Below the pieces are notes generated by a model. That model worked only from the letters and a program-made list of their open reading frames with translations, was not told where the DNA came from and made no database searches. From Hormiphora californensis (Eukaryota; Animalia; Ctenophora), in assembly GCA_020137815.1 (NCBI GenBank), contig CM035351.1:3472001-3536000 (forward strand): a stretch of DNA of 64,000 nt, written 5' to 3'. This document shows, one piece after another, positions 9,947 through 23,319 of the stretch (the stretch's first letter is position 1; the number at the start of each line of letters is the position of its first letter). Both the position numbers and the translations under genes were made by a program.

Positions 9947-12900
9947 TCAATCTGCAGTAGCCCCTGTCTTTAACCCGAAACACGACACCATACAAAAATT
10001 GGGATTTCTCCGAACTTCTTTGCGGCTGAGACGCCGTATGATTGTTCTTTTGACGGATTTTCTCTCTGCAATTGTGTCCGGTAACGATCCGACAGAGGAG
10101 CATTTCTTCTGAAGCTCTAAACATGGTGGAGACTTCTTCGATTCGATGTTCGATGTACTGTAAATAGAAATGTGTTAAAGCAGGTACACAAGATAAAAAG
10201 TTGAATGTGGTGATGCAATTGTTGCAAAATACCTCGCAAATCTTCGGTGGAAGCACTTTTTGAATGCCTTGAGAGAGCTAGCATTGCTCTTGGTACTTTT
10301 GATTGTGCTGGTAGCACTTGTAATTACAGTTGCCGAACTCTCTTCGCTAGCTATCCTTTTCCGCAGGGTATCACTTCCCGTCCCAGTAGCCGTCACACTG
10401 AAGAGAATGGTGTAAAGAGAGAGATAGAGATAGAGAGAGGGCGAGAGAGATAGGGAGGGGGGCGATAAAGAGATAGAAAGATAGCAGGATATAATGTCCC
10501 TAGTCTAATTTTGAACATATAACCACGTTATGGCCCCCTGTGTCATACACAGTGCACACACAATCTTATCATGTAGGTAGTAAGTAGGCGAGTTAGCTGA
10601 GGGTACATGATACAGTGAACAGTGGTTTGATTCTAGATAAATCATGATTCTAACTAAATGGGTATCACGATACCCCCCCCCCCATAAACATTGGGGGTAT
10701 ATTTTTCCTAGTTTGTGATTTGTGATGGTACATAGTTCGATAGAAGCAGGATGTTTATTTAACGCTCAAACGCTGTTATATGTAGAAAATCGCAGCGTTG
10801 CTTTGGTGTGGTGTATATATTGGTTTGCCATATATCTATCACAATCGATCAGTTCCCTTTTTCTCAAAAACTTTGCAGATTTATTCACAGTTATCACTAT
10901 TTTTATCAGAACTGTTTTATGTCCAAGGATCAGTAAAATGAGGAGGTGTTTTGCTACCATGCCCTACGGTGGATGGATACTACAACGGCTCCTCTACATC
11001 ATTTCCATTATTGTTATCTGCTATGTCTTCATAGGCTACTCCGAGGCAATTTGGTACTTTATCGATAGTGCTGTTAGTGACCCTGATTCTCATCGACCCG
11101 ATTCTGATTCTCATCGGCCCGACTCTGATTCTCAACAACCCGATTCTCAACAATCTGTGATCTCAACCCAACCACGACCGCCGGTTATTCCACCGAGTGA
11201 TCCTATGGAGTTGTGGGTCCCCCTGCTCGAGCCAGAGGATGTTCAGGAACGGTTCAAAGAGAGAAACAAGGTGGTCAAGGATCTGTGTGATTTGATGGAG
11301 TCTCCTGATTTCGAGCAGAGCAACATGTATTATTTCCCGAATCTGAGAGCCACGTGGATACCTGTTTTTGGAGCGGACAGTGCCCTGTGGAAAAAGTTCT
11401 TCATCAACCAATACGCAAGCAAACGATCTGGTAGGGCTGGTGATCCGAATAATCTTGGTCTGCTTAGCAAGTATCTCCTACAATACAAAACGGTAATGGA
11501 AGGGACCGGTAGAAAATCAAGGCATTTCACTAAAGAGCCAGATGAGGTAGTGAGATTCACGGTGATCAGACATCCTCTGTCCAGGCTAATTACACACTTC
11601 CGGAAACCACAGTTAGAAAGAGGTGAACTTGCTGCCCTAAAGGATCAGTGGGTTCGCCCTTCCATCTTATTGGGTCCGAAACGATCCAAACTGGGACAGA
11701 TGAACAGAAATATAGTTTCGAGCTGGAGTTGAATGATTGGATAGACGGGAAAGTTAACTCCTGAACAATCACCTAAACAATCCCCTACTATCTCCACCAA
11801 CATTCCCTGAGTTTGTCCGGTTTATTGTGGATGCGGCCGATAAAGGGGACGAAAGGGCGTATAACGTCCACTGGAGACCCATATCAGAATGGCTGGACAT
11901 CTGCCAAAATGACATTCGACATAATTGTTAAACATGAAAAAGTGGAGTCAGAAATTCCTGTTCTACTTGAGAAAACTTCATATTACGATTCACGAGGATT
12001 ACTTTCTTCTAGCTGATAGAGCTGATAGGTATCAACATAGAAGATTACATGGGACAACTTAGTAAGCAAGCATCAGGAGAAAATAAACGCTTTTTATGAT
12101 ATGGATTATAGGATCTTTGGGTATCAACCAGTCTTTGTAAATAGCAACTAACAATGTAACTCTTGAAAATTGAAATGTTCTCGTAATATATCTTATCTGT
12201 TCGTTGTATAGAGTTTACTTTGACATCAAAAAGTACGTGTTTTCAAGATGATGTGAATGTTGTGAGACAGTGAAAACTACCCAATCTAATAAGAGAGGTC
12301 TCTGCGACCCCATAAAACTTGCCACGTGGCATGGATTGCCCCGATAGGAGATAGAAAACTAATTGAAACAAGGAATTGCCACAACATGTATAAACATTTC
12401 ACCTTGATAGTCTGTAGACGTTCTCGTGTTTTGGGTGTTGAGGGATACTGGATAGAAACTTGCATATCAGGTACATTTTACTCTCCTGAAAATGATAGAT
12501 TGTGAGGGAGTTTTTACCTTTGAAAAGAGAGAGAGGGAGAGAGAAAGAAGGGTAAGGTCAGTTGTTACTATCACTATAAAACAAACAAACCAGATAACAC
12601 CACTATATGAGCATAACACCACCATTAGAGTGCTCATGAGTGTGGTGGTTGTGATTTATACAACTAGTAACTACATAACATAATGTGTTGAGCAACTTCG
12701 TCGATATATTATATATTCACTCTCACTCTCAATCTTATTCTCTCTCAATAGTAAAAGTAACGATCTCACTTCTCTCTCTATAGTAAAAGTAACGATCTCA
12801 CTTCACGTACCAATTGCTCGGGTGTCTCTGTGTTGTTTCCCTCAGTGGCCATGGTAAAGTAGTTGGTCAACATGTCCTGTTGATACTGGGGTCGTTCCTC

Positions 12901-13266
12901 ACATAGCACGATATCAACATGCTCAAATTCAGCCTTGATGTTCAGTTGTTTTGTCAGGATGGTCGTCTTGGAAATGGGCAGGTACCTAGAGGGGCGAGGG
13001 GTATGTTTTATAATTATGGAATAATAACGACGAGGTGGTTGAATGTGTTATTCGCTTCAAGATAATATATTGTTGTCTGTTGAGTACAGGACACACCCGG
13101 AATGCCCCCCCCCCCCCCACCCGGGATCTGTCTACAATAGCAGTCAGGACTCAGCAAGCTAGAGACGGATAGAGAAGGATAAAGAGTTGCATATGTTGTG
13201 TGTGTAATGTAGACAATATGGAAGAGAAGTAAAACACGAAGTAATATGTTATGTAGAATAGAGAGA

Positions 13267-13351
<85 letters not shown>

Positions 13352-16300
13352 AGAGAGAGAAAGAGAGAGAGAGAGAGAGATAAATGGCGGGGAGAAAGAT
13401 GGTCAGACTACATAATACAGTAGACAGTTCAAAGCTGTTATACTGTGTTACAGCAGTAGCTCAACAGTGTAATGTTAGATACACAGTGGTGTTCAAATAC
13501 TACACAACTCTATCTCTCACTCTCTCCCCTTTCTCTCTCTCACAGTTAAACCACACAATAAACCTCGCTCTCCTAATCTGTTACTGGGAGTTAAATACAC
13601 TGCACTAACCCACGCAAGAACCATTACTACCACTGTACTAACGAGAACCATTACCACCACTACCACCACGTACCACACCCAAATCACTATACTGTTATAG
13701 TATCAAGCCTTTTTCGACCCTCTCTCTCTCTCTCCAAGACCCCGCGTACGGTTAGAACATAACAACCAATCACTACACTATGTTACCTTGAGATCAGCTC
13801 AGCAGTATCAGCAGTATCGGTTGGAGATGGAAAAGTCTGGATCAGTGGCGTATCTGAGGGGGAGGGGTGCCAACATACAATCCACAAGGGGTATAAATGG
13901 GTCGCCATTATTCATCGGGAAGCAACGGACAGAAATGGGAACTGTCGTATGCAAGCTGAGGAGAGAGGGGGGTTATTAGTAATTTTGGTACAATATGGCT
14001 ACTCGAAATGTTAATATTGCACATTCTGCGCTACGAATATTAGTAAGAGAGAACCGGTCAGTCTACCACGGTCCAGTTCATAATGTTGAGCTATCCCCAT
14101 TTTTTCAACTCCTGACCCTGGAGAATGCCTTGTTGTTATACCCCCCCCCCACAATAAACTGTCCCGGTACTTGAATTGTGTCCCCGTATTCCCGGTACTC
14201 GTGTCTTCGTACTATACTTACGATAAGGGGTGTCTGGAAGCACTGTCGGGGGTCTCTTTCCAAAGGAAGATAGATTCCACCAAAATATATGGGCGCAAGG
14301 AGGTCTTGGTTGTCTTGAGAGTAGAGGTGACTGAATAAAAGGGCAATATGTTATACAGTGGAGAGAGATACTTGCATCATAAAATAAAAAGCATATAATA
14401 TTATCAACGATCCCTTTTTCGACAAGATATCTTAATAATAGTGTCAAACAAGCAAATGTTATATTTTGGCTATAACAATGTAGCAAACAAACAAACAAAC
14501 AAATACTAAATGAACAAACAAACGAGCACAAAGTAAACAAACACAAGTCACAAAGTAAATAAACAAAGTATAAACAAACCAACACAAACAAACACAAAAC
14601 AAAGTACAAACAAAAACAAACAAACAATATATCTCACCTCATGGCAACTACGATTATGGGCCTGTAGAGGACGTTAGCGAGCACAAACACATGGAAATCC
14701 TCTAGGGAACGGTACTTCACTTTGTTTAGTGAATCCATACTATAATAATCGCTGTCATTCCCTCCCTCACCAGGAGAGGAACTTTCACTGAGAGAGAGAT
14801 GTGTGTTGTTTTAGCTATCATCATCAAAGGTGAGTCTATTTTAACTTCCTATTTCCTACACGGTCCTTGACCCTTCTATTTTACAACAAGACCAGCAGGA
14901 ACAACACTGTACAACTCCACAGAATTAGAATTCAGATTCACCCCGGCATACTAACCACACCCCTTTCCCCCAAGCAGCCCGGACGATGGGGGTCTAAATG
15001 TATTACCTTTCCGATGGTTTGCGGAGTGGAGCTGGAGAGGACATGGTAAGGATTTCCTCCCACTCACTGCTCCACTGGTCCTCCGTTAATTCGATCTTGA
15101 AACCAAACTCCCGGAATCGTAGCTCCATCTCGTGCTGCCAGCGGCGCCGTAAACCTGTGTGGGAGAGAGATAATGAGAATGAGGAGGGCCGAGATGAAAG
15201 AATCAAGGAGATGAAAAACAACAAATATCATCAGCCTAAATTTTAGTTTTAGTAAAAATGTAATCAGAGCTGCTACACCGATTAATTAAACTTTAGGGAG
15301 GGGCTACAGTGAGTCAGTACATCGGTAAAGTAAGAAGGTGCTAATCTGGAGTGGTACTCAGTAAAAAAAGGGCACCGCAACACTTGATAACCTAATTTTA
15401 AATCACATTAGGAGGTGACCTAATAAATATTCTACCCCATGTTCAATTTATCAGCTGTTGGTCTCACTGCAGTATTTTACACAGGCGATTGTATGACAAT
15501 ACAACTAACACTCTCACCAACCAACTAACACATAGCTGTGAAGTAACATCTTGAATAACACACGAACATATGTTACACTGAAAGCCATCAGTTACACACG
15601 CACACGCAGAAAAACATACAAAACGACACGTTCTCACTAACTGTTTTAAAATTGTTTTGTGGGAAACCTTTTGTAATATATACCCCTATCTAAACTTATT
15701 CTTAGATAAACAAGAATAACTGCATTATGTTTCATAATGCTAATCCCCCCGCCAACCTATATTTTCATAACTATCTAAATCTAATTTGAAGGCGGGCCAG
15801 ACATTTCTCATCATTTATCAATCACTCAAACCGTATGGAACTTGGTCTTGTGTTTTAGTAGCACTAAATTGCGTGCCAAAATGCGCGGCTCACACTTCCT
15901 GAAAACGTGCCATTGAAGTATTTGATGAAGGAGCAACACCGTTGTCCCTCGCAACTGAGCGTGTTACAGCCAGTTTTGTGACCGTGACACCTCACTAGTA
16001 TGTAAACTTGTCGAATTCTAAACCCCTATGCCTTTTTACAAAAGGCATCCGGGTGAATACCTTCGGCATTCACCCGGGCGGGGAAAAAATTTGACATACT
16101 TGGTAGTTGCGGCAGTAGTTTATGGGTAGACCTCCTCAGTGTAAGTTGCTTATCATGAACCCCGTAAATACCCAAACTGGCAGCATGCATCAGGCAGTTA
16201 CCATCGCCCCGTGTTATAACCGGGTAGAGCCTGTTTCTTGGCTCCTTAACCGCCCACCAATTGAGCTGGTGGCTCCCCTCCAGTCGCTCCAAAGTTTGTA

Positions 16301-16897
16301 CATCAATGAGATTATCGAACAGAAATGATAACACCTCAGGTTCAAGGTTCAGCAGGTCAGGCAGGTAAAATAATTCTCGAGGTACATCCTCAGCCAAGGA
16401 CGGCTCGAAATCTTTCTTTATTTTTTCATGAAGTGTGGTTATTAGGTGCTCAGGGCTACAGAAGGAGAAGCCCCGGTGATATCGGTTTAATCGCCGCTCC
16501 TCCGGATCACAGGAACCCCCAGCAGTGCTGGTGAATTGAGGTACTCGGTGAACTAGCGGCGTCTCCTGAAATTGAAAGGGTCATGTTACAACACTTGTTG
16601 TTACTATCCAGGGAATATCAGACACACAATTTGTGCCTCTAGAGATTATCACACTGCCTACTGTTATTATACACGGTACAGGGTGTATGTTCCACTGTTT
16701 TAGGGGATCACGATCACAATATATGCTGTTATATCAGTAGCTCTGTTTACCTTTTCGTCAGTAGAAATGGAGTGGAAAAGTTTGACGGCCTCCTCGACAG
16801 AGTTGTCCGTTATTTTAAGGAGGACATGAGCCACGGAGCTGTCCGTGAAGGTTTGGGATACGAACTCTGCAACACTCGTCTCGACATTCTCACCCAT
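9947..16897 (-). CDS. OTUD7: OTUD7/Cezanne-like OTU deubiquitinase, about 10 exons, a few indel errors
   Basis: UBA-like N-terminus (AEFVSQT...AHVLLKITDNSVEEAV), LNWW...TRGDGNCLMHAASLG (catalytic Cys), LRRRWQ...EWEEIL, YRSLEDFHVFVLANVLYRPIIVV, APIYFGGIYLPLE, LAYDSSHFCPL (catalytic His). Phase-compatible exons continue at 12810-12984, 12403-12485, 10233-10397 and 9947-10157. Confidence 0.9.
10938..12151 (+). CDS. Golgi carbohydrate sulfotransferase-like protein (Sulfotransfer_2, CHST8-14 type); intronless, nested antisense in an OTUD7 intron; several frameshifts after 11670
   Basis: N-terminal TM anchor, Asp/Ser/Pro stem, RFTVIRHPLSRL, PTFPEFVRFI, HWRP...C, FDIIVKHEKVESE, FYDMDYRIFGY*. Confidence 0.8.
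15712..16089 (-). mobile_element. Non-autonomous Helentron/Helitron2 derivative (HINE/DINE-like), about 380 bp
   Basis: 15983-16089 is nearly identical to the terminus at 48073-48182 of the autonomous element; the other end has agaataa, hairpin gcattatg-ttt-cataatgc and subterminal repeat tcccccgcc, the same layout as 39140-39182. Confidence 0.88.
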
Positions 16898-17187
16898 GAA
16901 AGCCCATGCTAAACAGATATGGGGTAAATATTTAATGGTTGTTGAGTCAGTTAGAATGGGATATGGTTGGGTTACTACGGCAAGAGGAGTTACTCGGAAT
17001 GGTAAGCATTGGTAGTAGGCTGAGTCAATCAAAAAGTGAAACGGTATGAAAGATAAAAATGTGTTAAAATGAATAATTTAATTCGATGAAAAATAGACAT
17101 ATAATAATATGGTTTAAAAATGTTCATTTAAAACAACCCTGGTGTGCAACAAACACCTTCAAGTCCGAACCCCATGATCATCCCAAT

Positions 17188-20100
17188 CTAAAGATTAAAA
17201 ATACAATTCCCCGTCTCATTAATGTGTTCAGTTTTTCTGTGAAATGATAACTCAGATGGAATCTGGAACCCCTTGGTGCACGCCCGGCATTCCAGTATGA
17301 CGGTGTCTGGATGAAGACCGGTCACATGCTCTCTCCACTCATCAGAATCCCGACAGACTTTATCACAGTCATGACAGATCTGTTCCTGCTCATGTTTGAC
17401 AAGGTGCCTGGTGTACGCTACCCGATTCCAGAAGACAAGATCAGGACACCCCCTCGGACAAGTCCATGAAGTTTGCTTCACGGGAAGATCGACTGTTGAG
17501 AATGGCACCGGGGTAACGAGATAATTGTCCGGTTTCTTGGTCGGTTCGATACACCTCTTTTTCTTCAGACTTTCTTCGTCCAGATAGACAGCAAATAAAC
17601 CACGCTCAGGATAGTTGTTGCTCGATGTGTGACTGACAGGCGGCGTGGGTGGTCTTTTAAAGTGGACGTAGTTTGGTATTTTACAGATTCTCGCAATGTT
17701 CCGGAAGCCTCTCGCGTTTTCTGCCCAAAACTCACTGCACCCAGGGTTGGTGAAGATCTCGAGGCGATTCATGAAAATGCAGGTTACAATTGTGTCCCAT
17801 TTAGAAACTTTACGGCAACACTGACACATCACCTTTATTGATTCCTCTGGATCCTTTGTTTGGCACGTGCAGTCAAACTCCAGAGGTCTGGGCTCCCGGA
17901 ATCTCTCCATCTTTCCGCAGGTGACACACATCACGGCATAAGCAATGCTTTTTCGTGAGCACACAAGAGTGTGTTTAAACAGGGTGTCTTTACAGTAGAA
18001 TATTGGGTTGTGGAAGTAGGGGCACATTGTGAAGTGGCAGGTACATATATCTTCACTGTCGCCTCTCTTACATGGCAGCAAACAGCAATCCCGACAAGTG
18101 GACTTCGTTACCTCAACTTGATCGACCCCCTTCTTCCATTCGGCTACTCTTTGATCAATTCGGATGCAGTTAAGGAAACCTAACCCAGGTTGATGATGAA
18201 GCAGAGCGTCCATGGGGCCATCAAAAGTAGTACCACAATAACTACAATTCCTAGTCTCAGCCATTAAATTGTCATGCTCTGTCATGTGACGCAGGATTTT
18301 AGAACCAGCTACCATCTTCTGACAATAGATACATTGGATGTAGGGTAGGTTAGAAATTAGGTCGTTTAACCGTATAATCTTGAGATCGTTGGTACACGTC
18401 CATTTACAAATCCCGCATATGCCGGAACGTCTGGTAGTGCTTTACAGCATCGGCAAGGGAAGAACAGCAACTCAAGTCAAAGGAAGGACCGCATACCAGA
18501 CAAGTTGTGAGGGTAAGACGGAAGGGATTCCGAACAGACTTAGAAATTAACTCTGCACGAAACTGATTGATACCAGATAGATTGCTGGTTTCTGGAAAAT
18601 GTTCCAAGTTACACAGTTGGGGCAACTTGGAAACTTTATCATTGGCTAGTTCCCATCCTGTTTTGGTCCAGTGCATCTCCGATCCCAGGTGCTCCAAAAA
18701 GAGGTCTTGATTTTTATGGCCGACTTTGCAAACAAGGCACCACAGCATTCCATCCTCATCTTCAATATCATCGGCTAACACATAGTCGTTAAGGTACGTT
18801 CGAGTGTAAGTGATAATAATGTTCGTATCTGTTTCAGCATTCTGTAGAGCGGGGATACCTTGGTCAAGGTAAAGGAATGAATTAGTCTTTACTGCATGCC
18901 CAAACCCGCAATAGTGCTCCAAGATTTCATTGTAGTTTGCTGGATCTACAGTAAACTGTAATCCACAGCAATCTATCTTAGTAACATCCCATGAAAGACC
19001 AATCAACTTGAACAGGAACACTAATTTTTCACCTGGTGTCCAGAAGGATTTGACTGCTGATGCAACACCACACACTTTAAGATGAGGTAGAGATCGAAAG
19101 TGGCCTTCGATGGTGTAGATGGACTCCGGAAACTTGGTGCCAAATGAAACTCCGCAACCCACACACTCGATCGGATCCAAATTGACCGTGTTTTCCTTCG
19201 CTTTATTCATGGCTCTTAACGGGTTTGTAATAAGGCCGACAGTGTCAGTGGTCAACTTTCCATCCACCAACTTGACGCAACCATTCATACTCGGGTGTTC
19301 AGGTGTAAGGAAGTGTGCAATTTTGACAAATTTTATGTCATAAGAGTTTAACCCCGAAAGGTTCACTTTCCATTTGCAAAACAGGCAAGCCATTTTTCCA
19401 TAGCACAAACTATAATGACCTTTTACAGTTTGGAGCGCGTCTGAGAGAAGATATTCAGGAAGACGTTTAACCTCATTTAGTGCAGGAACCTCTTTCCATG
19501 ATCCTATAATTTCCATTACCTCTTGTCTAGATTGGACAACGAATCGTCCCATCTCTGACATCCCATCTTGCTCTGAACAGGTGATTTGATGTGGCGAGGT
19601 GTTCCAAGTACCTCACTCCCCAATGCTTTTTCCACCGGTCCCGCAAGTGAATAGGTCAGCCCACACGGCACACAGGTCAGTGTCTCTGGAGTAAACTTCA
19701 AATCGGTAGAATTATTATCACTCTTCATGATGGCCTTCAGGGAATCCACCAATACTCCAACGTTATCATTGCTTTGAGACCAAATATTGCTAACCTCTTC
19801 CCTCGATATTTTGTACTCCCCACACATTGCACGACTAAAGTGATTCGTGACTTCAGGGCGGAAGATCGTGGTGAGAAGGTGATATAAGGTTTTCTGGGAA
19901 TTCACACTCGATAATAGTTTCCGATATGGGTATGTTCAAAGTTCCTGGAGCCAATTGGACCATTGGAAGGGAACTCATTTCAGCATACAGCTTATGGAAA
20001 TCTCCGCAAAGTATGGCCTTGTCGGTTTCAATGAGAATCCACCCAGTGTTGCTGATGTGTTTTGGACTCTCCGTATGGGCTATAAAGGCTGACAACTGAA

Positions 20101-22814
20101 AAAAGTTGCTTTGGAGACAGAGTAAAGGCTTCTGTCCGACAGGGAAGGCACCGGATTTTATGTACACCCTTTACAATTGAGTCAATCTTAACATCTTGTT
20201 GATGGTTCACTTTCAACAAATGAATGAGCTTGATAATGTCCGCTTTCTGTTGCCTGTTTAGGAGGTTGGGGAGATCCTGAATGAAGGCCGTGTCGTTGAT
20301 GACTTTCAGCCTGTGACCCATCATAAACTCGTGACAGGGTGTTTGAAGATGAACAAGAAAGTCAATTTCGTAGAACGAGTTGATCATCTGGTAACAAGGG
20401 TAGCACCTAAACTTGATATGCTTTCCGCGGGAGAGATCAACGATCAGAGCATCTCCGACAATCAGATGACTCTCTAAAACTTCAAAAAGCTTCTGAACCG
20501 GTGAGAGTACTGCTGTATCGGAGTACTTAATAATACTAAATCCACTTATTTTCAAGGAAGACTTAGTAAGGATCCAACCTGATCTTTTGCCGTGACTTGG
20601 GAGCCACATGTGCTGCATCAATAATTTCAACCGATGTTCCTTTGACATGTCGTCGCTATCGAATGAGACATCACATACCTTACAGCCATACTGAGCGGCA
20701 GTTTCAAGTCCACGGATATTGATTAGGACATCGTTAAAGGGACGTCCGTAATCAAATGTTTTCAAGACTTTCACCACACTCTTTTTAATCAGCGACCGGC
20801 GGTGAGCCCATCCAACTCTTGGGTGCTCCTCATCTTCAGAATCGCTCGTCCAACATATCTCCTCTTCGTCTACTACCGAAGGAGTTATGTCCTAGCAGAC
20901 ATTTCGGTTGACCTATCTTTGATCCTGTAGGAAGGGGAATGACCTCTGAGATTGCATCATAGGAGCAAAGATCTTGAACAGTTTTCAAACCAAGTTGAAC
21001 ACAAACCAGTTTGCCACTTACCCAGTGCATCAACCAACTTGTTTTTTGGATGTGGGACGTTTGTTGTGTGTGTGCCACATAAGACCAAATGGGGACTGCT
21101 TCGGAACACTGTGTACATACAATCAAATCCAGTGTTCCTCTCTTTACTCTTTCAATCTCCACAATCTCCACATACACTGGACAACTCTCAGCAGCAACTT
21201 TGATCTTCTCGAACAGCTTCTCCCGTGTTATGAGGAGGTTTCCACAGTTGTAACTCCTCAAGAAGCAGAAACCACCAACCGTCTCCATCACCCATCCTGC
21301 CTTGTACCCGTGTTCATGTGACATGATGTGAGTTGTGAACTTAACCTGCGGTATGTAACCACAAGCATGACACATGATCCTACTTCGCTCCGATTGTTTT
21401 CCCAGATTTACAGTTAGAGGGCCGTTGTCTAAATTAAGTTCCTGTAGAAGTTGAAGGGCACACTGAAGTTCGGATAAATTGCTTTTGTCCATGTAGTTAG
21501 ATACGGTCAAAGCGTTGTCAGCAGTCGTGGTCAGTATCCAACCTGATTTTTTCCCCGTGACTCGGCGACCAGAGATGCTGAAGAATAAACCTGTGCCTCA
21601 GCCTCTTTTGTTTTTTTCGGCAATCAAACTTCAGTCCACAAGGTTTACAGATAATTATGTCGTTTTTCAGTATAACTAAATCACCGACCAAGTCCTGTGC
21701 TTCGGAGTGATGAAAAAGGAGACTGTGAATATCTCTGATGTTGGTTACATTCTCCAGAATCGTAGGTTGAGCTATTATTAGTGGTGCGCTTGTTTATCTG
21801 CCCCATCCTCCTGGCTTGATATATTTTGTCTTTCCCTCTCCTTTCGCAGTATCGTCATATGATTGGGAGTTATCACCCGAGAAAGACAGTGAGAAAATAT
21901 GACATCTTTGGTGAATCGTCGGCAGAGAATTGACACTGGTAGTAGAACATCGTCCGTTTCGACCTTCTCCAGAAACCAACCCGTAGCCTCCACATGCTCA
22001 CGGGTTTCGGTGTGTTTGATAAAGTCCTCCACTAGTTGATCTTGACGAAAACTTGGCTGAACACGGATAGCATATCAAGTCGCTGTGACCGATCAACATG
22101 GATATGTCTGTGTCTAAATCTACCTTTTTCAGGGCAGCAAGGATTAAATGATAGCATTCGAATACTTTAGACAGATTCTCGTGGAAGTTGTAACGATTTC
22201 TTGATGAAGATATGATCGTTAATGAACTTCACGTGCACTGGGGCACGTTCCTCGTGGTTTGATGACTTCAGATGGTAAATCAAGGCAGAGTAAGTTCATT
22301 GTTTAGGTCACAACAAAGACAAACTATCGGCATACGTGTAGGTTGGCAGAGTAAAATCTATTTCAAGAAAGTTACCATCAAATCGCTGGCCAGCACCCTG
22401 TGGCCAACACTCCGCAACTTCAGAAAGAAGAGAGTACATCAGCCATGTTTTATTGTATACCTTGCCCTTCAACTCCTTCGAATCGGTGATGCAGTGAACT
22501 CGTATCTTGGAAGCCACGCTTACTGTCCAACCAGAAGCCTCTCCGTGAGCAAGTAACACCAGGTGGCGAATAAACTGCCCGAGTCTAACACGGAGATTTT
22601 CATCAGTGAATACGGCATCACACTGCACACACTTATAATGATCCTGAGTCAATTCGATTTGTGTCTGGACATCTATTCTGTTGACCAAGAAATATGTGCT
22701 GAGAACATTCTGTAGCTCATCTATCGTGCAGACCTTCCCTTCCGGGCGCGGGGGACAGATATTGGCTGGAGTAACTTCTGAACATTCATCCGACTCATCA
22801 TCTGATGTTTCCAT
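17188..22814 (-). CDS. Large intronless multi-zinc-finger protein (about 1870 aa), split into ORF pieces by indels
   Basis: Abutting or overlapping ORFs from 22814 to 17188 repeat CxxC-x(10-20)-HxxxxxH-xxx(S/T)GW units (e.g. CKVC...HMWLPSHGKRSGW, CLVC...HLGSEMHWTKTGW) and end in classical C2H2 fingers (CHDC...HVTGLH, CRAC...HRKTEH). Confidence 0.78.
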
Positions 22815-23019
22815 AACTTGAAACAGATAAATATATTAACTGTACGATTTTTATGTCCGCTTTTAAAGGCAAGAGCAAAGTACAGACTCATACCTTACGG
22901 CTTTTTCGCACAATAACTGCAAAAATATAGGTGAATCATGTCTTACAGTACGCTTCGAAGTTCGAAATATTCTAATAATAAATATGTCCCTCGAAGGTCG
23001 CGTCGTTTAGGCGGAAAAC

Positions 23020-23319
23020 GATAGGGATCCCTAAAAAAGTTCAGTATTTACACAGAGTTTACACAGTCTTTACACAGTCATTACACCCAGAGCGGCGCGT
23101 GCTGCGTTTTGCGGCTTTTTCTAAGAAAATATTGGATTGTGTGCTGCACAATTGAGTAAATTGAGCGCTGCGGCGAAAAAAGTTTCCGAAAACGCTGCAA
23201 ATCGAGTGCGAAAGACGCAGTCTTTACACCCAGAGCGGCGCGGGCGCTCTGGGTGTAACGACTGTGTAAAGACTGTGTAAACTCTGTGTAAATACTGAAC
23301 TTTTTTAGGGATCCCTATC
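23020..23319. mobile_element. MITE with about 70 bp TIRs in the divergent region between the zinc-finger gene and MED13
   Basis: tagggatccctaaaaaagttcagtatttacacagag... inverted at ...ctctgtgtaaatactgaacttttttagggatcccta; internal ttacaca repeats. Confidence 0.9.

Noticed and set aside
9939-10396. Separate small gene between mL41 and the sulfotransferase
   Set aside because: These are the last two OTUD7 exons; splice phases match the exon at 12403-12485.
5712-22814. Pseudogene or programmed-frameshift calls for RABIF, Rab3, OTUD7, the sulfotransferase and the zinc-finger gene
   Set aside because: Breaks are single-base indels, often at short homopolymers, in otherwise well-conserved genes; long-read consensus error is the simpler explanation.
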